Assembly: GCA_044376115.1 (NCBI GenBank)
Contig: JBILLK010000007.1
Span: forward strand, 64,001 to 128,000
Direction: 5' to 3'
Length of the DNA: 64,000 bases
Source: Polyangiaceae bacterium
GTDB lineage: Bacteria > Myxococcota_A > Polyangia > Polyangiales > Polyangiaceae
This document shows positions 9,447-17,862 of this stretch, piece by piece. Positions within the stretch are counted from its first letter, which is position 1. Each line of letters starts with the position of its first letter. The notes under the pieces are model-generated. The model did not search any database. It saw nothing but the letters and a program-made list of their open reading frames with translations, and was not told the origin of the DNA. The translations under genes and the position numbers were made by a program.

Positions 9447-10721
9447 ATGTCTGAAGAGCGAACGGACCTGGTGCGGGTAGACCCCACGGGAACTGCACAT
9501 CCCGTCGGCCGCGTCGCGAGTCAGATGATGCGGCTCCGTCAGGGCACGTTTCGCGTGATGCCTGGGCCCACCCATTTGCTGTTTATGCGGCACGTGGGCG
9601 AGGACGGTAAGCGTGACGACCTTGATGGCGCGGTCTGTCGCTTGGCCGGTGAGGTAACCTCGCCGGGCGCAATTTGTGACGTCGTCTCGTTGATCGGGCA
9701 GGCCGCCTGGCGCGGCGAGCTGATCGTGATGAGCGGCGGCTCACAGCGGTCGGTCTTCTTCGACAACGGTCAGGTCATTTCGGCCTTTTCGAACGTGGAG
9801 GGGGAGCGGCTGGGAGAGGTGCTGTACCGCTACGGCGCGCTCACCCGTGAGCAAGTGGAGGTCGCGGCGAAGTCGGTCAACGCCGAGGTCCGCTTCGGTG
9901 AAGCAGCGGTCAAGCTGGGGTTTGTCTCGCGTGAGCGGCTCTTTCAGCTGATCGGCAGCCAAACCGAAGAGGTCGTGTACGCCGTGCTGCTGGTGTCCGA
10001 CGGCATGTTCTACTTCCTCGACAACTTCGACGAACACCGGCTAGCCGCGCATCTCAACCTGAGCGTGAATTCACTGCTGATGGAGGGCGTGCGTCGGATG
10101 GACGAGACGCGCTACTTTCGCGAGCGAATCCCGAGCGAATTGCACGTCCCGGCGCGGGTACCTGGACGGTCCACGCCGCCCGAGGAGAGCTCTGAGGCGT
10201 TGGCGCCAGTCTTCGGCGCGATCGACGGGCAGCGCAGCGTCGCCGAGATTTGCCGGGTAGTCGGCAAGGGCGAGTTCGAGGTGACCCACGCCTTGTTCCA
10301 GCTGCTGCAAGCCGGCGTGGTGACCGTGCATCCGCCACGGCTCACCGGGCCGCTGGCGATCGTGGCTCGCTTCAACGAGGCCATGCAACACCTCCTGCAG
10401 TCGGTGGATCAGCTGGGCAAAGGCACTGAGCTGCGCGACCAACTCTCGAGTTTTGCTACCGGGGCCGGCATCTACGATGCGCTGTTCATGGGCGGCGCAG
10501 GCCCCGCCAAAGACGGCACGCTGATCGGCGACAAGATCGTCGACAACATCGCAATGTTGGCTGGGCCAGGCGAGGCCGGCGCACAAATGCTCTCGCAATG
10601 GCTTTACGACTATGCGTCGTTCGCCGTGTTCATCGCCGAGCCGATGTTGCGTTCGACCGAAAAGCAGGGGACCACGGCGCGCAAGGTCGGCGAGCTGATC
10701 GCTCCGCTCGCGCCAAAGTAG
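9447..10721 (+). CDS. DUF4388 domain-containing protein
   Basis: LAGEV...GELIV...VFFDNGQV...RLGEVL...GMFYF...LLMEGVRRMDE pattern; upstream of bamD. Confidence 0.75.
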   Translation: MSEERTDLVRVDPTGTAHPVGRVASQMMRLRQGTFRVMPGPTHLLFMRHVGEDGKRDDLDGAVCRLAGEVTSPGAICDVVSLIGQAAWRGELIVMSGGSQRSVFFDNGQVISAFSNVEGERLGEVLYRYGALTREQVEVAAKSVNAEVRFGEAAVKLGFVSRERLFQLIGSQTEEVVYAVLLVSDGMFYFLDNFDEHRLAAHLNLSVNSLLMEGVRRMDETRYFRERIPSELHVPARVPGRSTPPEESSEALAPVFGAIDGQRSVAEICRVVGKGEFEVTHALFQLLQAGVVTVHPPRLTGPLAIVARFNEAMQHLLQSVDQLGKGTELRDQLSSFATGAGIYDALFMGGAGPAKDGTLIGDKIVDNIAMLAGPGEAGAQMLSQWLYDYASFAVFIAEPMLRSTEKQGTTARKVGELIAPLAPK

Positions 10722-10780
10722 GGGGAAGGCGACAAGGTCGCTTTGACGCGGCAGGAGCAAGAGACTAAGCCGTCGCTCCG

Positions 10781-11701
10781 ATGGTTGATCGTCGCAGCGC
10801 CGTGTTGCTCCTCGCACTGACCGTGCAAGCCGTAGGCTGCGACATCACGACCTCCGGTGGTCCGCCCAAGCAACTGACCTACACCGAAGACGCCCGCAAA
10901 GCGTACGCCGAGGCGATGCTGTCCTTCCAAGCGAAGGACTGGGAGTCGGCCAAGCCGCTGTTCGCCGACGTGAAGAAGCGCTTTCCGCAGACGCGAGAAG
11001 CGCGCATGGCCGAGCTGCGTCTCGCCGATATCGACTTCGCCACCGAGCGTTACACCGACGCGATCAGCGCCTACCGTACCTTCGTCACCACCTACCGCAC
11101 GGACCGTGATGTCGAGTACGCCCGCTACAAGCTAGCGAAGGCGCTTTACTTCGACATCAGCGACACCTTCTTGCAACCGCCTGCGGAGGAGCGCGACCAG
11201 GCCACCACCGCCGACGCACATCGCGAGCTGAAAGCCTTTTTGAAGGCCTTTCCAAAGAGCCGTTATCGCAAGGACGTCGACTACATGTTGGAGGTCGTGA
11301 CTGGCCGCTTGGTGCGTCATGAGCTCTACCTCGCGCGTTACTACCGCAAGCGTGAGAACTACGACGCCACGCTCGCTCGCATCGACTACGCGCTCAAGAG
11401 CTACCCCAACTCCGGGCTCGATCCCGAGGCGATGGTGCTCAAAGGCGAGACGCTGATGATGATGAACCGCAAGAAGGAGGCGCGCATCGTGTTCGACGCG
11501 GTGGTCGCTGATTGGGGCGGTCCCTTTGCGAACGACGCCAAGGCTTTTTTGCAGGAGCTGGGCGCTCCTAGCCAGCCCGCCCCGCAGATTCGGCGGCCTG
11601 CGGATCCTGGCCCGAAGCCGGCACCCACCACGGATCCCAAGGCCCCAGCGGATCCCAAGGCTGCCGACCCCAAAGCGCCTGCAACGCCGACTGGGCTCTA
11701 G
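10781..11701 (+). CDS. bamD: outer membrane protein assembly factor BamD
   Basis: Lipobox AVGC; TPR helices; ERDQ; HELYLARYY; YPNS; Pro/Ala-rich tail with DPKA repeats. Confidence 0.88.
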   Translation: MVDRRSAVLLLALTVQAVGCDITTSGGPPKQLTYTEDARKAYAEAMLSFQAKDWESAKPLFADVKKRFPQTREARMAELRLADIDFATERYTDAISAYRTFVTTYRTDRDVEYARYKLAKALYFDISDTFLQPPAEERDQATTADAHRELKAFLKAFPKSRYRKDVDYMLEVVTGRLVRHELYLARYYRKRENYDATLARIDYALKSYPNSGLDPEAMVLKGETLMMMNRKKEARIVFDAVVADWGGPFANDAKAFLQELGAPSQPAPQIRRPADPGPKPAPTTDPKAPADPKAADPKAPATPTGL

Positions 11702-11702
11702 C

Positions 11703-12011
11703 GTGCTCGAAGGGCAGCCTTCCGCCGGTGTTCGCCTCGAGCTCGTGCTCATCGAGCAGCGCGCAGATGAGGCCGTTTACCAGGGCCATGCGCACCTGCC
11801 GACGAGCTCGCTCGGGCTGTCGGTCGTGTCCAACCTGAAAGGTGCAACGGCCAGCTTCAGCGACAGCGCCGACGTGAGCGAAGTGGTTCAAGCGGCGATC
11901 GTTCGCCTGGCGACGACGTTGGTTAGAGCTGCAACCAAGCGTGAGCTCGAGAGCGGTGAGCCGCCGCCGAAACGCATCGTGCGTTGGCGCCCGCTCGACG
12001 TTGGCGGTTGA
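11703..12011 (+). CDS. hypothetical protein
   Basis: GTG directly after the bamD stop; fills the gap between co-oriented genes; ends PPKRIVRWRP. Confidence 0.6.
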   Translation: MLEGQPSAGVRLELVLIEQRADEAVYQGHAHLPTSSLGLSVVSNLKGATASFSDSADVSEVVQAAIVRLATTLVRAATKRELESGEPPPKRIVRWRPLDVGG

Positions 12012-12042
12012 CCGATCGCGATCGGCAACCCAGGATTCGCTT

Positions 12043-12708
12043 GTGGGTTCTTCTTGGAAACTCGGTTCGCTGTTCGGTGTGCCTATTCGCATGCACTGGA
12101 CGGCGATCGTTGGAGCGCTGTTTTTCAGCGGCTTTCGCATCGCGCCGGGAGCGTGGCTGGGCTTCCTGATCGTGATTCTGGTGCATGAACTGGGTCACGC
12201 CCTGGTGGTGAAGGCCACCAAACAGCGCGTGCTCGGGGTTGAGGTCCACGGCTACGGCGGTCACTGTGAGTGGTCGGGTAACCCAACGCCGCTCGGCCGC
12301 GCCTCCATCGCTTGGGGTGGCGTGTGGGCGCAAATGGGGCTGTTCGTGTTGGCGCTGCCGCTCGCGGTGATGTTTTCGGGCGGCGGCAGCTCTCACCTTG
12401 ACGATCTTTTGCGGGCCCTCACCGTCAACAACCTCTTCCTCGCTGGGATCAACCTGATTCCGGTGCGGCCTCTTGACGGGGCAGAGGCGTGGAAGCTGTT
12501 TCCGCTGCTGCGAGCACGCTGGAACGCTGCCAAGCGCAGCGCACCGCGGCGCCCGGTGATTGAGGTCAAGGGGCCGGTTGGCGCTCCCAAGGTGAACGCG
12601 CCCAACGTGAATGCGCCCGCGCAAGGCGGGGATCTCCCGCCGGAGCTGCGGGCTCTGTTCGCCAAAGTCGCGGCCGACGCGCGCGACGCTCGGCACAAAC
12701 GCAACTGA
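12043..12708 (+). CDS. site-2 protease (peptidase M50)
   Basis: HELGH zinc motif within a TM segment and NLIPVRPLDG; start uncertain. Confidence 0.88.
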   Translation: MGSSWKLGSLFGVPIRMHWTAIVGALFFSGFRIAPGAWLGFLIVILVHELGHALVVKATKQRVLGVEVHGYGGHCEWSGNPTPLGRASIAWGGVWAQMGLFVLALPLAVMFSGGGSSHLDDLLRALTVNNLFLAGINLIPVRPLDGAEAWKLFPLLRARWNAAKRSAPRRPVIEVKGPVGAPKVNAPNVNAPAQGGDLPPELRALFAKVAADARDARHKRN

Positions 12709-12734
12709 GCGCTGCGAACCTTCGCAGCGCCCAG
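12705..12734. terminator. hairpin between convergent genes
   Basis: CTGAGCGCTGCGAA-CC-TTCGCAGCGCCCAG, near-perfect 14-bp stem. Confidence 0.5.
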
Positions 12735-12777
12735 TCAGAGTTCCGCACAAACGCAGCTGAGCGCTGCGAGCGGGTGC

Positions 12778-14589
12778 TTACGTCGACTTCTTGGTGCTCG
12801 CGGGGCGTGAAGTCCCAGCGACGAGCCACTGCGCCTCGACCCCACGCGTTGCGGGCTTGAGCGTCGCTTTGCCCTTTGCCAACGTGAGCGCGATGCCATC
12901 GCCCCATTTGGTGAGCGGCGGCAGGCTGAGCGTCTTTTGGCCTTTGATCGCCTTCATTCCAGCGTCGTCCACCAAGAAGCAGGCGATGCCTTCCGAAGCG
13001 AGCGTGGTTACCACTTGGCGCGGCAGCGTCACGGCGACGAGGCCGCGCACATGCTCACGCACCAAATGCGTATCTCCAGCGCGGCGAACGGCGTCCAGGC
13101 TGTCGAGCACCCAGATGAAGCCCTCCGTCTTTTCGGCGCGGGCGGCCGGGATGGCGGCGGACTCGAGCACCTCAAGGTTGAGCGCCTCCTTGTAACCGTC
13201 GGCCGGGGAAGCGCCCGAAGGCTTCTTGGTTCCCTGCGACTCGGTGCCTTTCTTGTCACGCAAGACGAGCACGTCATCGGTCGGAAGGGCTCGGGGCACG
13301 GTGACGCGGACCGGCCGCTTGAAGCTGCGCGGGTCCCCGACGGTTCCCGTTGCCACGGCGTAGGCGAGCGTTTCCGCCGAGCCAACCACGAAGCGCGGCC
13401 GTCCGGGCTCCGGATCCGCGGTGCGCAGGGACACCGTGCCTTTCGGCGGTGGGTACACCTCAGACGAAATCACCCGCAGATCCGGCTCCACGATGCGTGC
13501 GCCGGTTGCGACGAGATCCACCAGCGCGCCCGATTGAGCGAGAACCTCCAGCACTTGGCGGGATGGTGGTGAAACCAAAAGGTCGAGCCGCGAAGGAACC
13601 CGCTTCGACTTGAGCAGCATGGCTGCCGCGAGCATGTCCCGCAGGGTTGCGCCGCTGTCCCCGCCGAGCACCACTTGCCCAACCGGTTTGCCTTGCAGAT
13701 CACGCACCGGACGAACCACGCCGTCCTCATCCATGATCAGCGGATCCACCGTGCCGAGATCCAGGCTGATGACCTCTTCGCAAGGGGCGCCGGGATCCGG
13801 AACGATCGCACGATGCGCTTTGCTTCGACGCTGGTCTCGGAGGAAGACCTCGGTCTTTTCATCGCTGACGAATATGGCCGCAGCGGCGCCAACTTGCGGC
13901 GCAATGCCTGCGAGCACCGCGCGTTCCGGCACCGACAATAGCCGCGCGCTCGGCCCAGCGAACTCAAGCACCACGGGCGCTTGATGCTCCGCTTCAATCC
14001 GTCTTACCACTTCATCGAGACCGCGGCGCAGCAGCTCGAGCGCGACGTCGCGGGCACAGATGAACGGCCGAGCTCGGCCGCCGAGGTGGATCTGCACGCT
14101 GCGTGGCGGCCTCAGCCAAACGCTGCCCGTTGCGAGCGCTTGCCCGAGCATGGCGGGCGATACAACCAGCGCCAACATACCGACGCCACCGACCGTTGCG
14201 AGCCGCGGGTCATCCGTCAAACACAGCCGGGCAGGCGCTGCGAAGCGCTCGAGGTGCACCGGACCAGGAAAGCCGATGCCAGGCCGAGCGATTTGGATGT
14301 TGAAGCCCGGTAGCTCCGCCGGTGTGCTGCGCGGCCCGCGGTCCTCTGCGTCTTGCAACGAAGCAGCGTCGGTCACGCACGTCCCGTCATAGGCGATGGC
14401 GACCTCGATCGAGGTCTTCTTCATGCCCAGGGCCAGCGCCTCTCCAAGCGCGCGTCCCGCGGAACGCGAGAGCACCACCTGGTCCACTTTCACTTGCACC
14501 AAATCCCCTCGCAGCTGCGGATCTGCAGCCCGGCCGGCGAGGATCTTCTGAGGCATCGTGCGGGGAGGGTCCCCAGCTCGTGCACGCAT
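12778..14589 (-). CDS. aconitase-family protein (PRK07229-like scaffold) lacking Fe-S ligands and catalytic motifs
   Basis: QKIL, VHLERFAAP, DVALELLRR, LSVPERA, SRQVLEVLA..GALVDL..GARI, VSLRT, GDPR match single-chain aconitase; GSCTN is GGDSG and CGPC is DLRV. Confidence 0.85.
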   Translation of the reverse strand: MRARAGDPPRTMPQKILAGRAADPQLRGDLVQVKVDQVVLSRSAGRALGEALALGMKKTSIEVAIAYDGTCVTDAASLQDAEDRGPRSTPAELPGFNIQIARPGIGFPGPVHLERFAAPARLCLTDDPRLATVGGVGMLALVVSPAMLGQALATGSVWLRPPRSVQIHLGGRARPFICARDVALELLRRGLDEVVRRIEAEHQAPVVLEFAGPSARLLSVPERAVLAGIAPQVGAAAAIFVSDEKTEVFLRDQRRSKAHRAIVPDPGAPCEEVISLDLGTVDPLIMDEDGVVRPVRDLQGKPVGQVVLGGDSGATLRDMLAAAMLLKSKRVPSRLDLLVSPPSRQVLEVLAQSGALVDLVATGARIVEPDLRVISSEVYPPPKGTVSLRTADPEPGRPRFVVGSAETLAYAVATGTVGDPRSFKRPVRVTVPRALPTDDVLVLRDKKGTESQGTKKPSGASPADGYKEALNLEVLESAAIPAARAEKTEGFIWVLDSLDAVRRAGDTHLVREHVRGLVAVTLPRQVVTTLASEGIACFLVDDAGMKAIKGQKTLSLPPLTKWGDGIALTLAKGKATLKPATRGVEAQWLVAGTSRPASTKKST

Positions 14590-14923
14590 GGGCGTCGTTT
14601 TCCTTTGTTCCGATGGTCAGAAGCGAGGTGCTTTGACCCGAGATTCCCTCGACGCCCTCCCGAAGCGGTGGTGCGAGAGGCTCAGCCGCGCCAGAGTGGC
14701 TCCTCGGGAATCCTTGGAGGCTCGGGCGATCAGTCCCTCGGTCAACTGAGCGAGTGCACGTTACCCGCTCGAAACGGAAAGGGTCAAGGCGCAACTAGAG
14801 GCCGGGCGCACGTGCCGTATCCACCGAATTCCGCCGGGACGCAAGACGTAAACCTGCGAGGATTTACGCGCGATTAACCCTGTTCTTTACCTGCGCACCC
14901 TTTCGCCGATAGAGTTTGAAGCC

Positions 14924-15289
14924 ATGTTCCAAACCCTGCTGAAGGAAGTCGTCGACAACGTTGATGGTGGTCTCGCAACGACCGTCATGGACTTTGAAGG
15001 CATCGCGGTGGACACCTACGCCAAGCCGAACGCGCCTGTCGACTTCGACATCAACACCATCGGCGCAGAGTTCAGCGTGGTGCTCAAGGCGATTCAACGC
15101 GCTTCGCAAATGCTCGAGTCCGGAGAGCCGGCAGAGGTGACGATCCAGGCGGAGAAGGTCACGACGTTGATCCGCGTCGTCTCGGATATCTACTTCGTCG
15201 CCATCACCATGACCCCGGGCGGCAACCTCGGGAAGGCCCGCTACATGTTGCGCACGCGCGTGCCGGCACTGCTCAAAGAACTATCGTGA
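14924..15289 (+). CDS. mglC: roadblock/LC7 protein, MglC-like
   Basis: VMDFEGIAVDT...AEKVTTLIRVVS.IYF...GNLGKARYMLR resembles M. xanthus MglC; located upstream of accB-accC as in myxobacteria. Confidence 0.75.
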   Translation: MFQTLLKEVVDNVDGGLATTVMDFEGIAVDTYAKPNAPVDFDINTIGAEFSVVLKAIQRASQMLESGEPAEVTIQAEKVTTLIRVVSDIYFVAITMTPGGNLGKARYMLRTRVPALLKELS

Positions 15290-15296
15290 GCAGGTC

Positions 15297-15782
15297 GTGA
15301 GCCGCGCCGAGCGCATACGCGTGCTCGTGCTCTCGGGTCCAAACTTGGCGGAGATCGGTAGGCGAGAACCTGAGATCTACGGAACCGAGAGCTATCGGAC
15401 GATCATGGAAGAACTCGTGGCGGTGACGCGGGAGACGAGCGCGGTCGACTGCGTCGCTCGGCAAAGCAACCACGAGGGCCAGTTGATTGATTGGATCGCG
15501 AGCGCCGCCGAAGACGGGTTCGCCGGCATCGTGTTCAACCCGGGCGCGCTGACCCACACCTCGATCGCCCTGCTTGACGCTGTGCGTGGTTGCGGGCTGC
15601 CTTGCATCGAGGTGCACCTGTCGAACCCGGAGGCCCGTGAGGCGTTTCGTCGCCGTTCGTACGTTGGGCGCGCTTGTCTAGCAAAAGTCGCTGGTTTCGG
15701 AAAAGACTCGTACCTGCTCGCGGTTCGGGGCCTCGTGGCCCATCTGGAGCGCGCGGCCGCAAGGAAAGCTCTTCACGCATAG
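15297..15782 (+). CDS. aroQ: type II 3-dehydroquinate dehydratase
   Basis: GPNL..IGRREPEIYG, QSNHEG, NPGALTHTS, IEVHLSN, REAFR. Confidence 0.95.
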   Translation: MSRAERIRVLVLSGPNLAEIGRREPEIYGTESYRTIMEELVAVTRETSAVDCVARQSNHEGQLIDWIASAAEDGFAGIVFNPGALTHTSIALLDAVRGCGLPCIEVHLSNPEAREAFRRRSYVGRACLAKVAGFGKDSYLLAVRGLVAHLERAAARKALHA

Positions 15783-15937
15783 CGTCAGTGCGTCAAAGCG
15801 TGGCACAGTGCGTCTCGCATTCGTGGTTGCAGCGCTTCGGCAATTGAGCCTGGCGTTCCGATTTGCTAGCAGGGTGGGAACGGGTGTTCTCTACCGTGAG
15901 GTCGGGTCACACGAAAACTCCTGGAGGATTCCGCAGC

Positions 15938-16417
15938 GTGAACATCGATATTCAGCAGCTCAAGGCGCTGATCACTGCCCTCGCAGAGGGGGGCGTCAAC
16001 GAGTTCGAGTTCGAGGACGAGCACGTTCGTCTGAAGATTGGCCGTGGAACTCCACAGCTCGCGCAGCCGAGCTTTGCTCAGGCTCCCTACATCGCGTCGC
16101 TCATGCCGTCGGAGCCACCGGCGTCGGTGCGGCCGCCACCCTCGGTTCCGCCGGAGGCCGTCGAAGACGACAGCAAGACGGCCTACATCACCTCGCCGTT
16201 CGTCGGCACGTTCTATCGCCAACCGTCGCCCGATGCCCCGCCTTTCGTCGAGGTCGGGTCGAAGGTGCGTGAGGGCCAAGCCCTGTGCATCGTCGAGGCG
16301 ATGAAGTTGATGAACGAGATCGAGGCGGACGTCGCCGGAACCATCGTCGACATCCTCTGTGAGAACGGAAAGCCCGTTGAGTTCGGGCAGAAGCTCTACA
16401 AAATTCGCACCGCCTAG
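15938..16417 (+). CDS. accB: acetyl-CoA carboxylase biotin carboxyl carrier protein
   Basis: GTG start after [23 protein letters not shown] biotinylation motif. Confidence 0.96.
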   Translation: MNIDIQQLKALITALAEGGVNEFEFEDEHVRLKIGRGTPQLAQPSFAQAPYIASLMPSEPPASVRPPPSVPPEAVEDDSKTAYITSPFVGTFYRQPSPDAPPFVEVGSKVREGQALCIVEAMKLMNEIEADVAGTIVDILCENGKPVEFGQKLYKIRTA

Positions 16418-16431
16418 GGTCGAACGCCACC

Positions 16432-17778
16432 ATGTTCAAAAAGGTCCTGATTGCGAATCGCGGCGAGATCGCGATGCGTATCCTGCGCGCTTGCCGCATG
16501 CTCGGTATTCGAACAGTCGCGATTCATTCGACTGCGGATGACGAGGCTCTGCACGTTCGTTTCGCGGACGAAGCGGTGTGCGTAGGTCCGCCGGATGCTG
16601 CCAAGAGTTACCTCAATGTGCCGGCGATCATCGCGGCCGCCGAGGTTACCAACGCCGACGCCATCCATCCGGGCTACGGCTTTTTGAGCGAGAACGCGGC
16701 CTTCGCTGAGCTGTGTCGCAAGTGTCGGTTGACGTGGATCGGGCCGACGCCCGAGGCCATGCGGCAATGGGGTGACAAGGTCACTTCGCGTACCAACGCG
16801 GCCAAATACGGCCTGCCGCTCTTGCCGGGAACCGGCGTCCTCGCCGACGCGGATGAAGCCGCTACTCGAGCCGCGGAGATCGGCTTTCCGGTGATCCTGA
16901 AGGCGTCTGGCGGCGGCGGTGGCCGCGGCATGCGCATCGTTCGCAACGCCGACGAGATCCACCGTGGCTTCGAGACCTGCCGGCACGAGGCCCAGGTCGG
17001 TTTCAAGAATCCCGATGTCTACCTCGAGCGCTATGTCGAAGAGCCGCGGCATATCGAGTTCCAGGTGCTGGCCGATCAACACGGCGGTATTTGGACGCTC
17101 GGTGAACGCGAGTGCTCGTTGCAGCGCCGCCACCAGAAGGTCGTTGAAGAGGCTCCCAGCCCGGCGATGACGAATGAGCTGCGGGCGTCCCTCGGCGAGA
17201 AGATCCGCAACGCCATCGGGTCAACCGGCTACACCTCGCTCGGCACGCTCGAGTTCCTGATGGATGAGCGCAAGAACCTCTATTTCATGGAGATGAACAC
17301 GCGCGTCCAAGTCGAGCATCCGGTCACCGAGATGACCACTGGCGTGGACCTGGTGGAGATGCAGATCCGCGCTGCTGCGGGCGAGAAGTTGCAGCTCGCA
17401 GACACGCGGCCGTGGAGCTTCCGCGGCCACGCCATCGAGTGTCGCATCAACGCCGAGGACCCCAAGACGTTCGCTCCTTGGCCGGGGAAAATCACCAGCT
17501 ATCACCCGCCGGGTGGTGGTGGCGTCCGGGTGGACTCGGGCATTTACGGTGGCTTCCGCGTCCCGCCCAATTACGATGCGCTGCTTGCGAAGGTGATCGT
17601 CCATGCGCCCACCCGCGAGGAGGCCATGCAGAAAATGCGGGTCGCGCTCGACGAGTTCATCATCGACGGCATTCGCACCAACATCCCGCTTCACATCGCT
17701 TTGCTCAATGAGCCAGCCGTGATCGCCGGGGACATGAGCACCCGAACCATTGAACGAGTGGTGGCGCGCGGTTTCTGA
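16432..17778 (+). CDS. accC: acetyl-CoA carboxylase biotin carboxylase
   Basis: KVLIANRGEIA, HPGYGFLSEN, GGGGRGMR, ERECSLQRRHQK, RINAEDP. Confidence 0.97.
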   Translation: MFKKVLIANRGEIAMRILRACRMLGIRTVAIHSTADDEALHVRFADEAVCVGPPDAAKSYLNVPAIIAAAEVTNADAIHPGYGFLSENAAFAELCRKCRLTWIGPTPEAMRQWGDKVTSRTNAAKYGLPLLPGTGVLADADEAATRAAEIGFPVILKASGGGGGRGMRIVRNADEIHRGFETCRHEAQVGFKNPDVYLERYVEEPRHIEFQVLADQHGGIWTLGERECSLQRRHQKVVEEAPSPAMTNELRASLGEKIRNAIGSTGYTSLGTLEFLMDERKNLYFMEMNTRVQVEHPVTEMTTGVDLVEMQIRAAAGEKLQLADTRPWSFRGHAIECRINAEDPKTFAPWPGKITSYHPPGGGGVRVDSGIYGGFRVPPNYDALLAKVIVHAPTREEAMQKMRVALDEFIIDGIRTNIPLHIALLNEPAVIAGDMSTRTIERVVARGF

Positions 17779-17785
17779 TCGACCG

Positions 17786-17825
17786 CTCGGCCGTCTTTGT
17801 TGAAGGCGGCCGAGTCATTCTGTTT
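17786..17825 (+). terminator. probable terminator hairpin after accC
   Basis: CTCGGCCGTCTT-TGTTG-AAGGCGGCCGAG followed by TCATTCTGTTT. Confidence 0.55.
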
Positions 17826-17862
17826 ACCGCTCGTTCGACTGTGCTAGAGCGAGGGCGGTCAG

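Noticed and set aside
15851..15868. Sigma-54 promoter upstream of accB (TGGC...TTGC)
   Set aside because: GG-to-GC spacing is 11 nt rather than the required 10
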